Shown here in pieces: positions 1 to 8,790 of a DNA stretch of 60,539 nt (the stretch's first letter is position 1; each line of letters opens with the position of its first letter). The notes beneath the pieces are model-generated. The model was not told the DNA's origin and ran no database searches. It saw only the letters and a list, made by a program, of their open reading frames with translations. Position numbers and translations under genes: made by a program. The stretch comes from an uncultured Candidatus Saccharibacteria bacterium (GTDB lineage Bacteria; Patescibacteriota; Minisyncoccia; Phycocordibacterales; UBA918): positions 1 through 60,539 of the forward strand of contig CAZQIF010000004.1 of NCBI GenBank assembly GCA_964593375.1, given 5' to 3'.

Positions 1-1876
1 CCGACTTCACGCTGTGTGCATTCGTCATGTCGGTAATGAGTGAGTAGTTGAGTTTCTGTGACGGACGAGAGACATCGACGGTTGTTGTCGCTCCCTTGAG
101 GGTAATAAACGACATACCCTCACCAGTGTTCACGTGACCTTGGAAACCAGTACCACCTGCGGTAATGGTGTCAGCATTGAATGCCATGTTGAGGTTAACG
201 GGTGAGGTCACATCTGAGGAGATAATCATGTTCTCAACGTACGCGGAACGAAGTGTCTTTGGGTATGCTTCGGGGAATGAGAGTTCAAGCACATGCGTAC
301 GCTGAAGGTCGACGTTCGTCGCCGCGGTACCACCGAGTCTTGAGTTTGGCTCAAAGTATTCAACCGTCTTTGTCTGTGCACCACCCTGGTCTCCCGACCA
401 TGTAAACGTTACAAAGAGTTCGAGAGAGACGGGATTTCCTGTGGCACCCGCCCACCGTGATTCAACGCGGAGTGGTCCGCCCGAGACAAACGATGCCGCG
501 TCCTCTGAAAGGTCGCGAATGATACGGTTCGTACCAATCTGTTCGGTACCGGTGAATGAGAGCGTGTATGAGTTGGTACGTGCAGCAACTCCTCCCGTGT
601 CATCAATATCAGTACGGAGGTGGAGTGTCGTCGCAGCAGTGTTTGCACCGTGTGCGCGCAGGTAGATATTTTTCACTGAGAGACCGGTGTTTGAGATGGT
701 GGGATTTATGACGTACGTCGAAGACGCGGTAGAGCCAGAGGTAACACTTTGACCCACCATAAAACGCACCGTCTCGGTTTGTACCGGTGCATCCGTTGAG
801 TAGCGGTAGGTAACGACGAGCTCGCCACCGGCGACCTGAATAGCGTTTGTGGCTGGGGTAATGAATATTTTCTGTGCTACATTCGGTTGGAAATTGGTGG
901 AGTCTATCGGCGGACGATAAATTGAAAAGAGGTCGAGCGTATCTCCTGCAACCTGCGGTTGGGTGATGTATGTGGGTGATGTGGAGCCGGTACCAATGCG
1001 TGCAGTGAGTGTACCACGAGCTGCTGCAGATGATTGCCCGAGAAGTTCGAAGTGGACATCCATAATATCGGCATCTGAAGGAAGATCAGGTATGTCTGCG
1101 TTGTACAAGAATGCTTGTGCGGTTCCCGCGGCAAGTGAGGCACTCTTCGAGCCTCTATCCCCCGTTGTCGTTGCTTGGAGTGGAAAACGGACGGTCTTAA
1201 TGGCGTAGTGAGCACTGGGGTCGTAATCAGATTCGTAGGTAATATAGAGCTTTGCAGTATGGTTCGTGAGCGTGGGACCGACGGCACTCATCCTGAGAAT
1301 AGTCTCAACTCCCGAAGCCCACTCTGAATCCGAGATACCATCAAATGCTCCAGAGGCATCGGCCTTCATGTATGCGATATTGTTTTCACCTGACTGGACG
1401 AAGTAGAAGATGGTGGATGGTATCCCGAAGAGCTGAATATCACGATACGTAGGAGCACTCGCACACGATGAGACCGAGCCAGGGCACGTTGAGAGACCCA
1501 TAGAGACATCAGAAAGACTGCTCGCTGTCGAGCTTGAGACTGCGCGGAATTCTATCCATGCTGTTTTTACACGTATGTTTGTACCTTCAAGTTTTATGGT
1601 GAAGCCCTGTGAGGCAGTCGTGGGTGCTACGGTTGACCACCCCGTTTGGGTACCTTGGCCAACGTCAGTGGTGTATACATTCGTCGCTGAAGCAATGGTA
1701 GTGGTGCCAGAGTTACCGAGGGAGTATTCGACAGTCTCTATTTGACGAGGAGTTGCTGGCTCGGCTAGAAATGCGGAATACAGATAGGAAGCAATTAGGA
1801 TGAGACCAAATGCACACAAAAACAAGCGCGCGTACACTTTGCGTTCATTGATTGGTACACCGAAAAAAACTCTCAT
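1..1876 (-). CDS. Large membrane-anchored extracellular protein; 3' end runs off the left window edge (partial)
   Basis: Absent from the supplied ORF track because there is no stop inside the window. Hand translation of the reverse frame from ATG 1876..1874 gives MRVFFGVPINERKVYARLFLCAFGLILIASYLYSAFLAEPATPRQIETVEY... This is one N-terminal hydrophobic anchor followed by >580 aa of T/S/G/A-rich sequence, ending ...QKLNYSLITDMTNAHSVKS at nt 2. I met no TTA/CTA/TCA in that frame. No family recognised. Confidence 0.55.
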   Translation of the reverse strand, partial: MRVFFGVPINERKVYARLFLCAFGLILIASYLYSAFLAEPATPRQIETVEYSLGNSGTTTIASATNVYTTDVGQGTQTGWSTVAPTTASQGFTIKLEGTNIRVKTAWIEFRAVSSSTASSLSDVSMGLSTCPGSVSSCASAPTYRDIQLFGIPSTIFYFVQSGENNIAYMKADASGAFDGISDSEWASGVETILRMSAVGPTLTNHTAKLYITYESDYDPSAHYAIKTVRFPLQATTTGDRGSKSASLAAGTAQAFLYNADIPDLPSDADIMDVHFELLGQSSAAARGTLTARIGTGSTSPTYITQPQVAGDTLDLFSIYRPPIDSTNFQPNVAQKIFITPATNAIQVAGGELVVTYRYSTDAPVQTETVRFMVGQSVTSGSTASSTYVINPTISNTGLSVKNIYLRAHGANTAATTLHLRTDIDDTGGVAARTNSYTLSFTGTEQIGTNRIIRDLSEDAASFVSGGPLRVESRWAGATGNPVSLELFVTFTWSGDQGGAQTKTVEYFEPNSRLGGTAATNVDLQRTHVLELSFPEAYPKTLRSAYVENMIISSDVTSPVNLNMAFNADTITAGGTGFQGHVNTGEGMSFITLKGATTTVDVSRPSQKLNYSLITDMTNAHSVKS

Positions 1877-1996
1877 ACAAAAAGAAATTAGCTCGAGAGC
1901 TATTTACTATTATAGATGGAGAGTGATGAAATACGTACCGTATTTGTGCACAGATTTTGTGCTCAGAACTGAACTGCAGGCATACTATGTAACTGT

Positions 1997-3901
1997 TTAT
2001 ATACTCTCTTCGGTAGGTTCAATAACGGATGGAACAAATGGTGTTACGATGATATCAAACTGGTCCAGTTCGCTAATTATTTCAGTGGTTATAGGTGTAG
2101 ATGTGCTCGTAGAAATGACCTCTTCTTCAATCAAACTTTCACTTGTTGTCGTTGATACTTCAGTATCTGATTCGTCAGCAAGTACTTCCGGAGTAGTTGA
2201 AGCTTCATATGGGGGAACAATGAGTACGTTCTCATCAACTACTGTGGAATCGGTGCTTGAGGCATTTGAATTTGGGTCATTGCTGTTGTCGGAAGATGCT
2301 TCGAGTTTATTTTTAACCTGAGGAGTCTGATTAACGAGTGCACGCTCCTCTCCGGTCTGCTCTGGTGCAGGGAGATCTTTAGGAAGTGGTGCAGGCATTG
2401 AATTAAGTGGAACATTGGTACGCTCTACCAAATCGTACCCACGTGTTTCAACATCCCCATTTTCGTGTTTTGCATCATATACGAGTACAAAGCGAGGATT
2501 TTGTGCTGATGTTCCATCAGAATCAGCCACGGTTTCTGTTTGCTTAGAAATTCGGTCATATACCTTGACCTTCCATATGCCGTCTTCAAATGCTTGCCAT
2601 ATAACATAATTATCATTAATCCGAGGAGCAACATCTTGAATTGAATTTTCTGTAATCATAGTGGTATCACCAGAATCCTCAAGAAAAATTTCCCAGTTTT
2701 CGCCTACCCACCCTTGCCAAACAATCGTATCTCCATACCTTGATGGGTACATACTGTTATAGTCCCCATTTGTAAGAACCCGCTCCTCACTTTCGTCCAT
2801 ACTATGCTCGACAATCTGGTAGCGTCCATCAATTGAACGGTGCCACACAATCGTGTTAGAGACAGCATCATAGTATGGCGCTTCGTCATCGTACACGTTA
2901 TCGGTTATTTGTACGTTAGTAGCATCATCAGTCACAATAAAAATTTCTTTATTGCCCTGACTAGACAGCATTGAGAGCACCCCAGTTACTTCACCATTCG
3001 TTGATTGTTGATTTTGTTTTGAACAGAAGAAAGTCTCTGAGCCCATTGGTACACATTCGTCTACAGTAAACGAAAATCGGTTGGTGTTATTAACAACTGA
3101 ACCATAAAATATTGTTTCGCTCGGTGGAGGAATTCCTTCCGGTACAGGATCAATCACTACTGCTTCACCTGTGGTCGCATTCGTTTCTTCAAGAGCAGGA
3201 GTAGGTATCTCAGCTTCAAGTGTTGATGAACTACTATCGATTTGTTCAACATCCTCAATTGTTTGGAGAGCCACTGTGTCATCAGCTGGTGGTATAGGTG
3301 TTTCATCAACAACTTCATCAGAAACAACTTCTTCAGATTCTGCCACTGATTCATCGGGCGTTATCGTTTCAGTTATAACTTGCGTTTCGTCGGTAGTTGT
3401 CGACGCTAACTCATCAGTAACTTCATTTGTAGTACTTGAAATATCAGGCTGGCTTTCATCTACACCACTCTGATTTGCGACGTCATCAACATTCTCTACT
3501 ACAGGTACACTTTCACCTACTAAAGTATCTGGTTCGTCCGCAACTTCTTCTACAACAGGAACTTCAGCTGGACTTTCAGCTAAAGGCTCAGTGTCTGATA
3601 CGGGTACGTGAGTTGAAGTACCGATCGAGTTTGTATCTTCCTCTGCGGGAGGCGGTGTATCAGTGAGCTCCATAGCAAATATTGGAGTCACTGGTTGACT
3701 CAGCAAAATAATAAGAAGCAGAGCTGCAGATAGTCGGGAAATATAAGAAAACCGATTTCGAATAACCGAACGTTTTATAAAAGATTTTTGCCGTGTTCTC
3801 ATATACTCTACGCACATGAATTGGCCCAATGTTGACCTAATACCATGTACTACAATAGTACCAACATATTCAGCGGTTCTCCACAGCTTTATCAACAGCA
3901 C
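1997..3901 (-). CDS. Anchored/secreted protein: acidic low-complexity stalk plus beta-propeller-like 'IVW' repeats
   Basis: 634-aa ORF. Hydrophobic segment SRLSAALLLIILLSQPVTPIFA; the more likely start is M34 at nt 3802. A long E/T/D/V-rich region follows. Repeats NTIVWHRS.., DTIVWQGW.., NYVIWQAF..KVKVYD resemble archaeal-type beta-propeller repeats. The C-terminal tail is acidic. Confidence 0.6.
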   Translation of the reverse strand: MLLIKLWRTAEYVGTIVVHGIRSTLGQFMCVEYMRTRQKSFIKRSVIRNRFSYISRLSAALLLIILLSQPVTPIFAMELTDTPPPAEEDTNSIGTSTHVPVSDTEPLAESPAEVPVVEEVADEPDTLVGESVPVVENVDDVANQSGVDESQPDISSTTNEVTDELASTTTDETQVITETITPDESVAESEEVVSDEVVDETPIPPADDTVALQTIEDVEQIDSSSSTLEAEIPTPALEETNATTGEAVVIDPVPEGIPPPSETIFYGSVVNNTNRFSFTVDECVPMGSETFFCSKQNQQSTNGEVTGVLSMLSSQGNKEIFIVTDDATNVQITDNVYDDEAPYYDAVSNTIVWHRSIDGRYQIVEHSMDESEERVLTNGDYNSMYPSRYGDTIVWQGWVGENWEIFLEDSGDTTMITENSIQDVAPRINDNYVIWQAFEDGIWKVKVYDRISKQTETVADSDGTSAQNPRFVLVYDAKHENGDVETRGYDLVERTNVPLNSMPAPLPKDLPAPEQTGEERALVNQTPQVKNKLEASSDNSNDPNSNASSTDSTVVDENVLIVPPYEASTTPEVLADESDTEVSTTTSESLIEEEVISTSTSTPITTEIISELDQFDIIVTPFVPSVIEPTEESI

Positions 3902-3909
3902 CTATGTTG

Positions 3910-4647
3910 CTAGTGTGTAAATGAATCAGCTAAAAGAATAGAAAAATCCTTAAAAGTCATTCGTCCATCCCCATCAAAATCAAAAGTTTTGCTTTTAGTA
4001 AACCATGCAGCCATAAATGCCGAGACATCACGCAAATCGACGCTCCCACTTCCATCGAGATCAGTGACAATCGTAACTTCAGCGGTTGCAACGATTGCAC
4101 CATCAACAGTGGTAATAGAAACCTTTGAGGTATCTGATTCAGCATCAGAAACATCAACTTCAGTTCCCTTTCCATCTCCTGCAACGAACGTTGCGTCACT
4201 TGTAGTGACATGTGCAATACCGGATGTGAGGGCCTTTGCGTGCACACGTGCAATGGTATGCTCGCCAATAAATCCCCGCTTAAAGGTGCCTCCGCGCAAA
4301 TAAATCTTTCCATCCTTTGCATAGGGCTCTTCTGTCCAAAGTGTAATAACCGAAGTTCCGATATCGATGTTATCAATACTTATCTTGTCTTCAGGGTATG
4401 AAAGGACGATATCTACTGCATTCACTGCGGTATGTGCTGTTGCCTTAACCTCAATATAGAATAAATCACCTTCTGCAACAGTTGATGGTGATGTTTCAAT
4501 CGTGATAAACGACGTGTCTTGCGTTATAACAGATGCAAGGCTTGCAAAAAATGTTGCAAGAACGACTAGCGGAAATGCATACCGAACAGTCTTGCCCTTT
4601 GTTGGCACATACGATGGAAATAATATTTTCCATAGTTTTTTGAACAT
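3910..4647 (-). CDS. Cohesin-domain protein with C-terminal dockerin module
   Basis: 245 aa. N-terminal anchor AFPLVVLATFFASLASVI. Cohesin-like block: VNAVDIVLSYPEDKISIDNIDIGTSVITLWTEEPYAKDGKIYLRGGTFKRGFIG. Duplicated EF-hand-like dockerin loops: TDLDGSGSVDLRDVSAFMAAW and FDFDGDGRMTFKDFSILL. Confidence 0.7.
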   Translation of the reverse strand: MFKKLWKILFPSYVPTKGKTVRYAFPLVVLATFFASLASVITQDTSFITIETSPSTVAEGDLFYIEVKATAHTAVNAVDIVLSYPEDKISIDNIDIGTSVITLWTEEPYAKDGKIYLRGGTFKRGFIGEHTIARVHAKALTSGIAHVTTSDATFVAGDGKGTEVDVSDAESDTSKVSITTVDGAIVATAEVTIVTDLDGSGSVDLRDVSAFMAAWFTKSKTFDFDGDGRMTFKDFSILLADSFTH

Positions 4648-4649
4648 AC

Positions 4650-5309
4650 CTATTGTGATAACGTTTGACGTAAGTCCTCAACCTGCGTGTACATAACATC
4701 GAGTAGCTGAGAGAGTTCTTGCGCGTCTTGAACTAATTTTTGAATGTCTTTACGTGAATCAGGTGTTGCACGTATAAGCGCACTGATAATATCTCGCTGA
4801 ATGCGTGTGAGTTCAGTAAGTCCATCGCTTCGTTTTCGTTCAAGTTCAATGAGGTTTTTCCATGATTCAAGTTGTGTCTTAGTGTCAGTCGTACCCGTAA
4901 GTTGATTTAACATCAAGACATCATCTCTGAGCACTTCATATTCACGCTCTAGTCGTGAGACCATAAGTGCCTTTCGCTCAGGAAAAAAGCTTCCACAACT
5001 TTCAAATAATTGTTGCATCGTAATGAGTTCTTTTGGAGAAAGTGTATCGAGGTTTCCAAGCATTTTGTCATAATCATCTCGGCGTGAACAATCAGCAATA
5101 ACTCGTGCAACAACTTCATCAGCACCGTTACGACCAGTAACCTCTGCAAGCTCTATCATGACCTTTGTTTGTTCTTCAATACTATCCTCTATGTAGTGAA
5201 CAACAACGAGCTTGTCATGATGCGAAACCCAGGCGCCAATTGATACAGCGAGTGCTACAACGAGCAGGTGGATACTGAGCATGATGTGTTTGGTAAGAAA
5301 AGTTTTCAT
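4650..5309 (-). CDS. N-terminally anchored helical protein, unknown function
   Basis: 219 aa. TM helix IMLSIHLLVVALAVSIGAWV, then charged helical sequence. Tightly packed between cohesin genes (2-4 nt gaps), which suggests the same operon. Confidence 0.5.
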   Translation of the reverse strand: MKTFLTKHIMLSIHLLVVALAVSIGAWVSHHDKLVVVHYIEDSIEEQTKVMIELAEVTGRNGADEVVARVIADCSRRDDYDKMLGNLDTLSPKELITMQQLFESCGSFFPERKALMVSRLEREYEVLRDDVLMLNQLTGTTDTKTQLESWKNLIELERKRSDGLTELTRIQRDIISALIRATPDSRKDIQKLVQDAQELSQLLDVMYTQVEDLRQTLSQ

Positions 5310-5313
5310 GACA

Positions 5314-7041
5314 TTATTGTGTTATGTGTTCAATATCTTCAATTTCTTTGCGCACTTTTGCTCGTGCATCATTAAGGTCGAGCTCAATTTGTTCAATGAG
5401 TGCAGTTTCTTGTCGGGTGAGTTTGCCTTTACGAGATTCTTTAAGTTCTGCAACTTTCACATTGAGATTGGTGATTACTTCATCAAGCTCTATTTTGAGC
5501 GTATCTTCGGCTTCAGTTGTTTCCTTCTCAAGCTTTCGCTTCCAGATAACAAGACGGTGCCAGAGATACCAGCATCCAAAAATCATGAGGAGAAGGAGTG
5601 ATAGAAGTGGTACCACAATAGAGAGAACACTAATCATGAATGACCCGATGCGCATATATCCTGGTTCCTCGACTGCAATACGAATTGATTCTGAAGGTTC
5701 ACTCATAGCTCCATATGCGTCAGTTGCTACGGCAATAATGTCATATACTCCGACTCCAAGTGGTGCATCTGGTATGAATGTAAAGAGTCCTGCTTCATCT
5801 GCAACTACGGTATATTCTTTTGCATCTGTACCAACTTGTTTCACTGTAATGGTTAGAGAAGCTTTTCCTCGAGTCGAACCTTTAAGGGCAGGGATGACAC
5901 CTGCAGAAAGTTTTGTGGGATATTCAGTGAAAACAGGTCGCTCGAATGAGGCTATGTCGAACGTATAGTTTGCAATTGCACTGTTTCCTGCACTATCAAA
6001 AGCCTCTACGACAACAGTGTGGTGTCCTGGAAGAAGCACCGGAAGTGTGTAGCGTTTGGTTTCTTTGTCATCCTTAAATTCAACTGGTTCTCCACCATCG
6101 ATTTGAACTTTGTATGTTGTTATCGGTGAAATGTCTTGAAGCTGAAATTCGAGTGTGCGTGCAGGATTTGTTTGGTCTTGGTCCTCTGCTTCAGAAATCA
6201 CAAAATCGGCTGGAATCTCGCTATCTACACCGAGACGGTAGTGCGTAATTTTCCCCCACCCTTCTGCATTTTTGAACTGAATATGAAAATACGATACTCC
6301 CTGTGGAAGTTCATCAAGTGTTCGAGAAGAAATCGGTTCGTCATAGACAATTGTTGGTATTGTACCCGCTGACTCATCAAGTAATGTACGTACTGCAGTC
6401 ACATCATTTGGAAGCACCCATTTGAGCTCAGCAGTCGTAGCTTTATACCAAGCCTTATCATCATTGTGTGTCGTGGATGTTACAACGGGAGCCTTTGGGG
6501 TGTTCGCTGGTGCAACATATTCAGGTTCTGGATTTTCTGTTTTAGCAGTAACAGTATATGACCCACCGTTCATTCCAGTGAGCACATTGGTACCAAGACC
6601 GTCAGCAGCGAGTACGGAACCGCTTTTAAAGGTCACCTTTGGGCTCCCTGCAGCAAGTGAGCGAAATGTTATTGAAAGTATCGTACCTGCGCTTCCGGTG
6701 TATCCTGTTGGAGACCCACCACCAAACGAAATGGTACCTGCGCTATTTGAGAAACTTGGCTCCTCCGTCCAGAGATTAAAAATTGAATTGGTTCGTGAGA
6801 CACTCACCACTGAAAGCTCTTTTGGATTAAAACCAAGTTGTCCATCTGCAGCGTTAACGGGTTTACTTTGGGTATTGATGACTACATTTGCGGTAAATAC
6901 ACCCCCAGCGGTATATACGCCTGTATCGGGGCTCACGCGTAGTGTCGCAGCTTCGACAGTATGGAAAAATGAAAACAAGAAAAGAGCAGAAAAGAGAAAC
7001 GCTGAGGTGAATGTACTTTTAGAGTGAAGTTTCATGATCAT
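5314..7041 (-). CDS. Type-I membrane cohesin protein (signal peptide, cohesin, Ig-like domains, TM helix, cytoplasmic coiled coil)
   Basis: 575 aa. Signal FLFSALFLFSFFHTVEA. Cohesin block: LRVSPDTGVYTAGGVFTANVVINTQSKPVNAADGQLGFNPKELSVVSVSRTNSIFNLWTEEPSFSNSAGTISFGGGSP..VLAADGLGTNVLT. TM: ISVLSIVVPLLSLLLLMIFGCWYLW. The ~85-aa tail is K/E-rich with heptad character. Paralogue of 38488..40014. Confidence 0.75.
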   Translation of the reverse strand: MIMKLHSKSTFTSAFLFSALFLFSFFHTVEAATLRVSPDTGVYTAGGVFTANVVINTQSKPVNAADGQLGFNPKELSVVSVSRTNSIFNLWTEEPSFSNSAGTISFGGGSPTGYTGSAGTILSITFRSLAAGSPKVTFKSGSVLAADGLGTNVLTGMNGGSYTVTAKTENPEPEYVAPANTPKAPVVTSTTHNDDKAWYKATTAELKWVLPNDVTAVRTLLDESAGTIPTIVYDEPISSRTLDELPQGVSYFHIQFKNAEGWGKITHYRLGVDSEIPADFVISEAEDQDQTNPARTLEFQLQDISPITTYKVQIDGGEPVEFKDDKETKRYTLPVLLPGHHTVVVEAFDSAGNSAIANYTFDIASFERPVFTEYPTKLSAGVIPALKGSTRGKASLTITVKQVGTDAKEYTVVADEAGLFTFIPDAPLGVGVYDIIAVATDAYGAMSEPSESIRIAVEEPGYMRIGSFMISVLSIVVPLLSLLLLMIFGCWYLWHRLVIWKRKLEKETTEAEDTLKIELDEVITNLNVKVAELKESRKGKLTRQETALIEQIELDLNDARAKVRKEIEDIEHITQ

Positions 7042-8050
7042 AGGTCAGAACGAGTTTTTGCTTTCGTCTCCAGATGAAAAATCCAACAATGGCGAGTAGT
7101 ATGAGTACAACGAGTCCAACAGATACCATGAGCATTATTCGTGCTTCAGAAGTGCTCCGCATTGCCTCTTCGGGGACATATACCGCAATAGTTTCATTTC
7201 CAGCCTTGTCAATTGCTTTTACACGAATGGTGCTATTGAGTGTTTGGTCGACAAGTACATACGGGCTCTCGGTTGTTTTCCATGGAGCATCAACTCTTCC
7301 CCATTTGAAAGCATAAAATTCTGCAAAGGGTTCCTCCATAACTTCATAGTGGTCGATACCCGATTGCTTATCTTGACTTGTGAATGTAATAAAATATTGA
7401 CCGTCAAAGGCAGTATCAAGATTTGCGAGTGTGATTGAAAAATCTGACGGAGGTGTATCGTCTTCTTGAACACGATTTTTCCACGAGTCGTCCACAGTAG
7501 CACCTGCTGAATCGAGAAGTGTGAGCGTAATACCCTCAGTTCTGAGCTGAGCTTTTGTACCAAGACCATCATGGAGCAATACCTCTGAAGATGCATCAAC
7601 CCACACTTGAGGATTCTTATCGTTTGCACCTATTGATAGTCCTGGGGAACGAAAAACTAGCTCAACAAGGATATTTGTAAGGCTTGGGTCTCCAGCAATT
7701 CGTCCGCAGTACCCACCCGGTAACCCGCCCACAAAGGTAATCGTGTGTGCCTCTTCATTGATAACAGGGTCTTCAAGCCAAACATTAAGAATAGAATCAC
7801 CTATTGACACATCGACTGCGCGAATATCAGGACTATACTTGATAACGCCATTAACTACGTTGATACACTCATTTTCATCGGTATCAATGCGCACACCAAG
7901 CGTGACTGTGTCACCTCGATACAGTGTAGCTGCGTCTGGATCTATGTAGAGAAGTGCGGCGTCAGCATTTGAAAATACGCAAAGAAACAAAAACACACTC
8001 AAAACAATGTGTCGCACAGAAAATATAGGAACCTCCCGAATTGCACGCAT
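7019..8050 (-). CDS. Cohesin-domain membrane protein (signal peptide, cohesin, Ig-like domain, C-terminal TM anchor)
   Basis: 343 aa. Signal VLSVFLFLCVFSNADA. Cohesin-like block: LYIDPDAATLYRGDTVTLGVRIDTD..VNGVIKYSPDIRAVDVSIGDSILNVWLEDPVINEEAHTITFVGGLPGGY. C-terminal TM MLMVSVGLVVLILLAIVGFFIW followed by RRK. Its 3' end overlaps the next gene's start by 23 nt. Confidence 0.7.
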   Translation of the reverse strand: MRAIREVPIFSVRHIVLSVFLFLCVFSNADAALLYIDPDAATLYRGDTVTLGVRIDTDENECINVVNGVIKYSPDIRAVDVSIGDSILNVWLEDPVINEEAHTITFVGGLPGGYCGRIAGDPSLTNILVELVFRSPGLSIGANDKNPQVWVDASSEVLLHDGLGTKAQLRTEGITLTLLDSAGATVDDSWKNRVQEDDTPPSDFSITLANLDTAFDGQYFITFTSQDKQSGIDHYEVMEEPFAEFYAFKWGRVDAPWKTTESPYVLVDQTLNSTIRVKAIDKAGNETIAVYVPEEAMRSTSEARIMLMVSVGLVVLILLAIVGFFIWRRKQKLVLTYDHETSL

Positions 8051-8244
8051 AAGTACCCCTAGTATAGCAACTCATTACCACAAAAACACGAGCATTACTC
8101 CACATGTTGAAAAATCGAAAGTATGAGTTTATTCCTAACGTCGCAAAATTCATTATGTAAAGAATTTCTGGCCACGGACTCGAAAAATACAATCATCCTA
8201 CATATCTCCGTTACTAAGCGTTTGACTAGGGCGTCGGCGCAAAG

Positions 8245-8605
8245 TTGAAACGTGACTCAATGTCACGTTTCAAAAGGTTGTCGATATTTTGAAAAAATAT
8301 CATACAACCTGAACAGTCCCTGTAAGGGATTGCATGAAGCAATGCTGGTCACTTTTTCTTCTTTGTTTGAAGAAAAAGTGACAGACTCAGAAATTATTGT
8401 CGCTTCGCTCTGTAATTTCTGGCCACGGACTCCAAAATTATATTCCTTACAGGAACTGTCCACTTGTTGGATTTTATTCGTAACCTCATAAAATCTCAAC
8501 AAGTCTTGCGAAGCTCCAAGTACCCCAGGGCACCCTCTCTTGTCTTCGACAATTCACCTTGTTTTCGCTTCTCACGCCGCGCTCGTTATTTTCTGGTCAC
8601 GGCTA
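8245..8605. repeat. Structured intergenic repeat, copy 1 (family also at 38091..38450; partial copy at 42745..42835)
   Basis: Collinear with 38091..38450. The 80-nt core 8443..8522 differs from 38330..38409 at one position. Hairpins: cgtgac-tcaat-gtcacg (8251..8267), and gtcactttttcttc-tttgtt-tgaagaaaaagtgac (~8348..8382). Sub-motif aatttctggccacggactc lies at 8163 and 8414, with a variant at 8588. Confidence 0.85.
8471..8499 (-). promoter_or_regulatory. Sigma70-like promoter inside the conserved repeat core, reading toward the 8050..1 cohesin operon
   Basis: The minus strand reads TTGAGA, a 17-nt spacer, then TAAAAT (-35 = 8499..8494, -10 = 8476..8471). The identical hexamers and spacing recur at 38358..38386. 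This implies a ~410-nt hairpin-rich leader. Confidence 0.45.
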
Positions 8606-8737
8606 AGATTTTTAACATTAAAAGAGGCTGGTTTCGGGATTTAAAAGCTCGGCGTCGCCACAAAGCATTGCTAAGAGCAATGTGGCGACGGCTAAGATTT
8701 TCTAATTTGCTTCGCAAATAACAAAATCTAAGCAAAA

Positions 8738-8775
8738 GAAAAACCCGTCTCGTGGTGGGAGATAGGTTTTTCTTA
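8738..8775 (-). terminator. Intrinsic-terminator-like hairpin after 8791..9927
   Basis: aaaaacccgtctc-gtggtgg-gagataggttttt: an imperfect 9-bp stem flanked by an A-run and a T-run, 16 nt beyond the stop codon. Confidence 0.5.
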
Positions 8776-8790
8776 ACTCTTGTACTGTTG

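Noticed and set aside
8163-8607. Repeated 19-mer aatttctggccacggactc (8163, 8414, variant at 8588; also 38305 and 38435) looked superficially like CRISPR repeats.
   Set aside because: There are only 2-3 copies per locus. Spacing is irregular (about 250 and 175 nt). The copies are embedded in a larger collinear repeat unit, and no cas genes are present. It is not a CRISPR array.
8464-8721. ORFs beginning MLDFIR(N/H)LIKSQQVLRSSKY (8464..8721, and 38351..38632) are conserved between two loci.
   Set aside because: Conservation stops after ~20 codons, exactly where the nucleotide repeat core ends. The remainder is unrelated low-complexity text. They run antisense to the surrounding operons. The conservation is at the DNA/RNA level, not the protein level.
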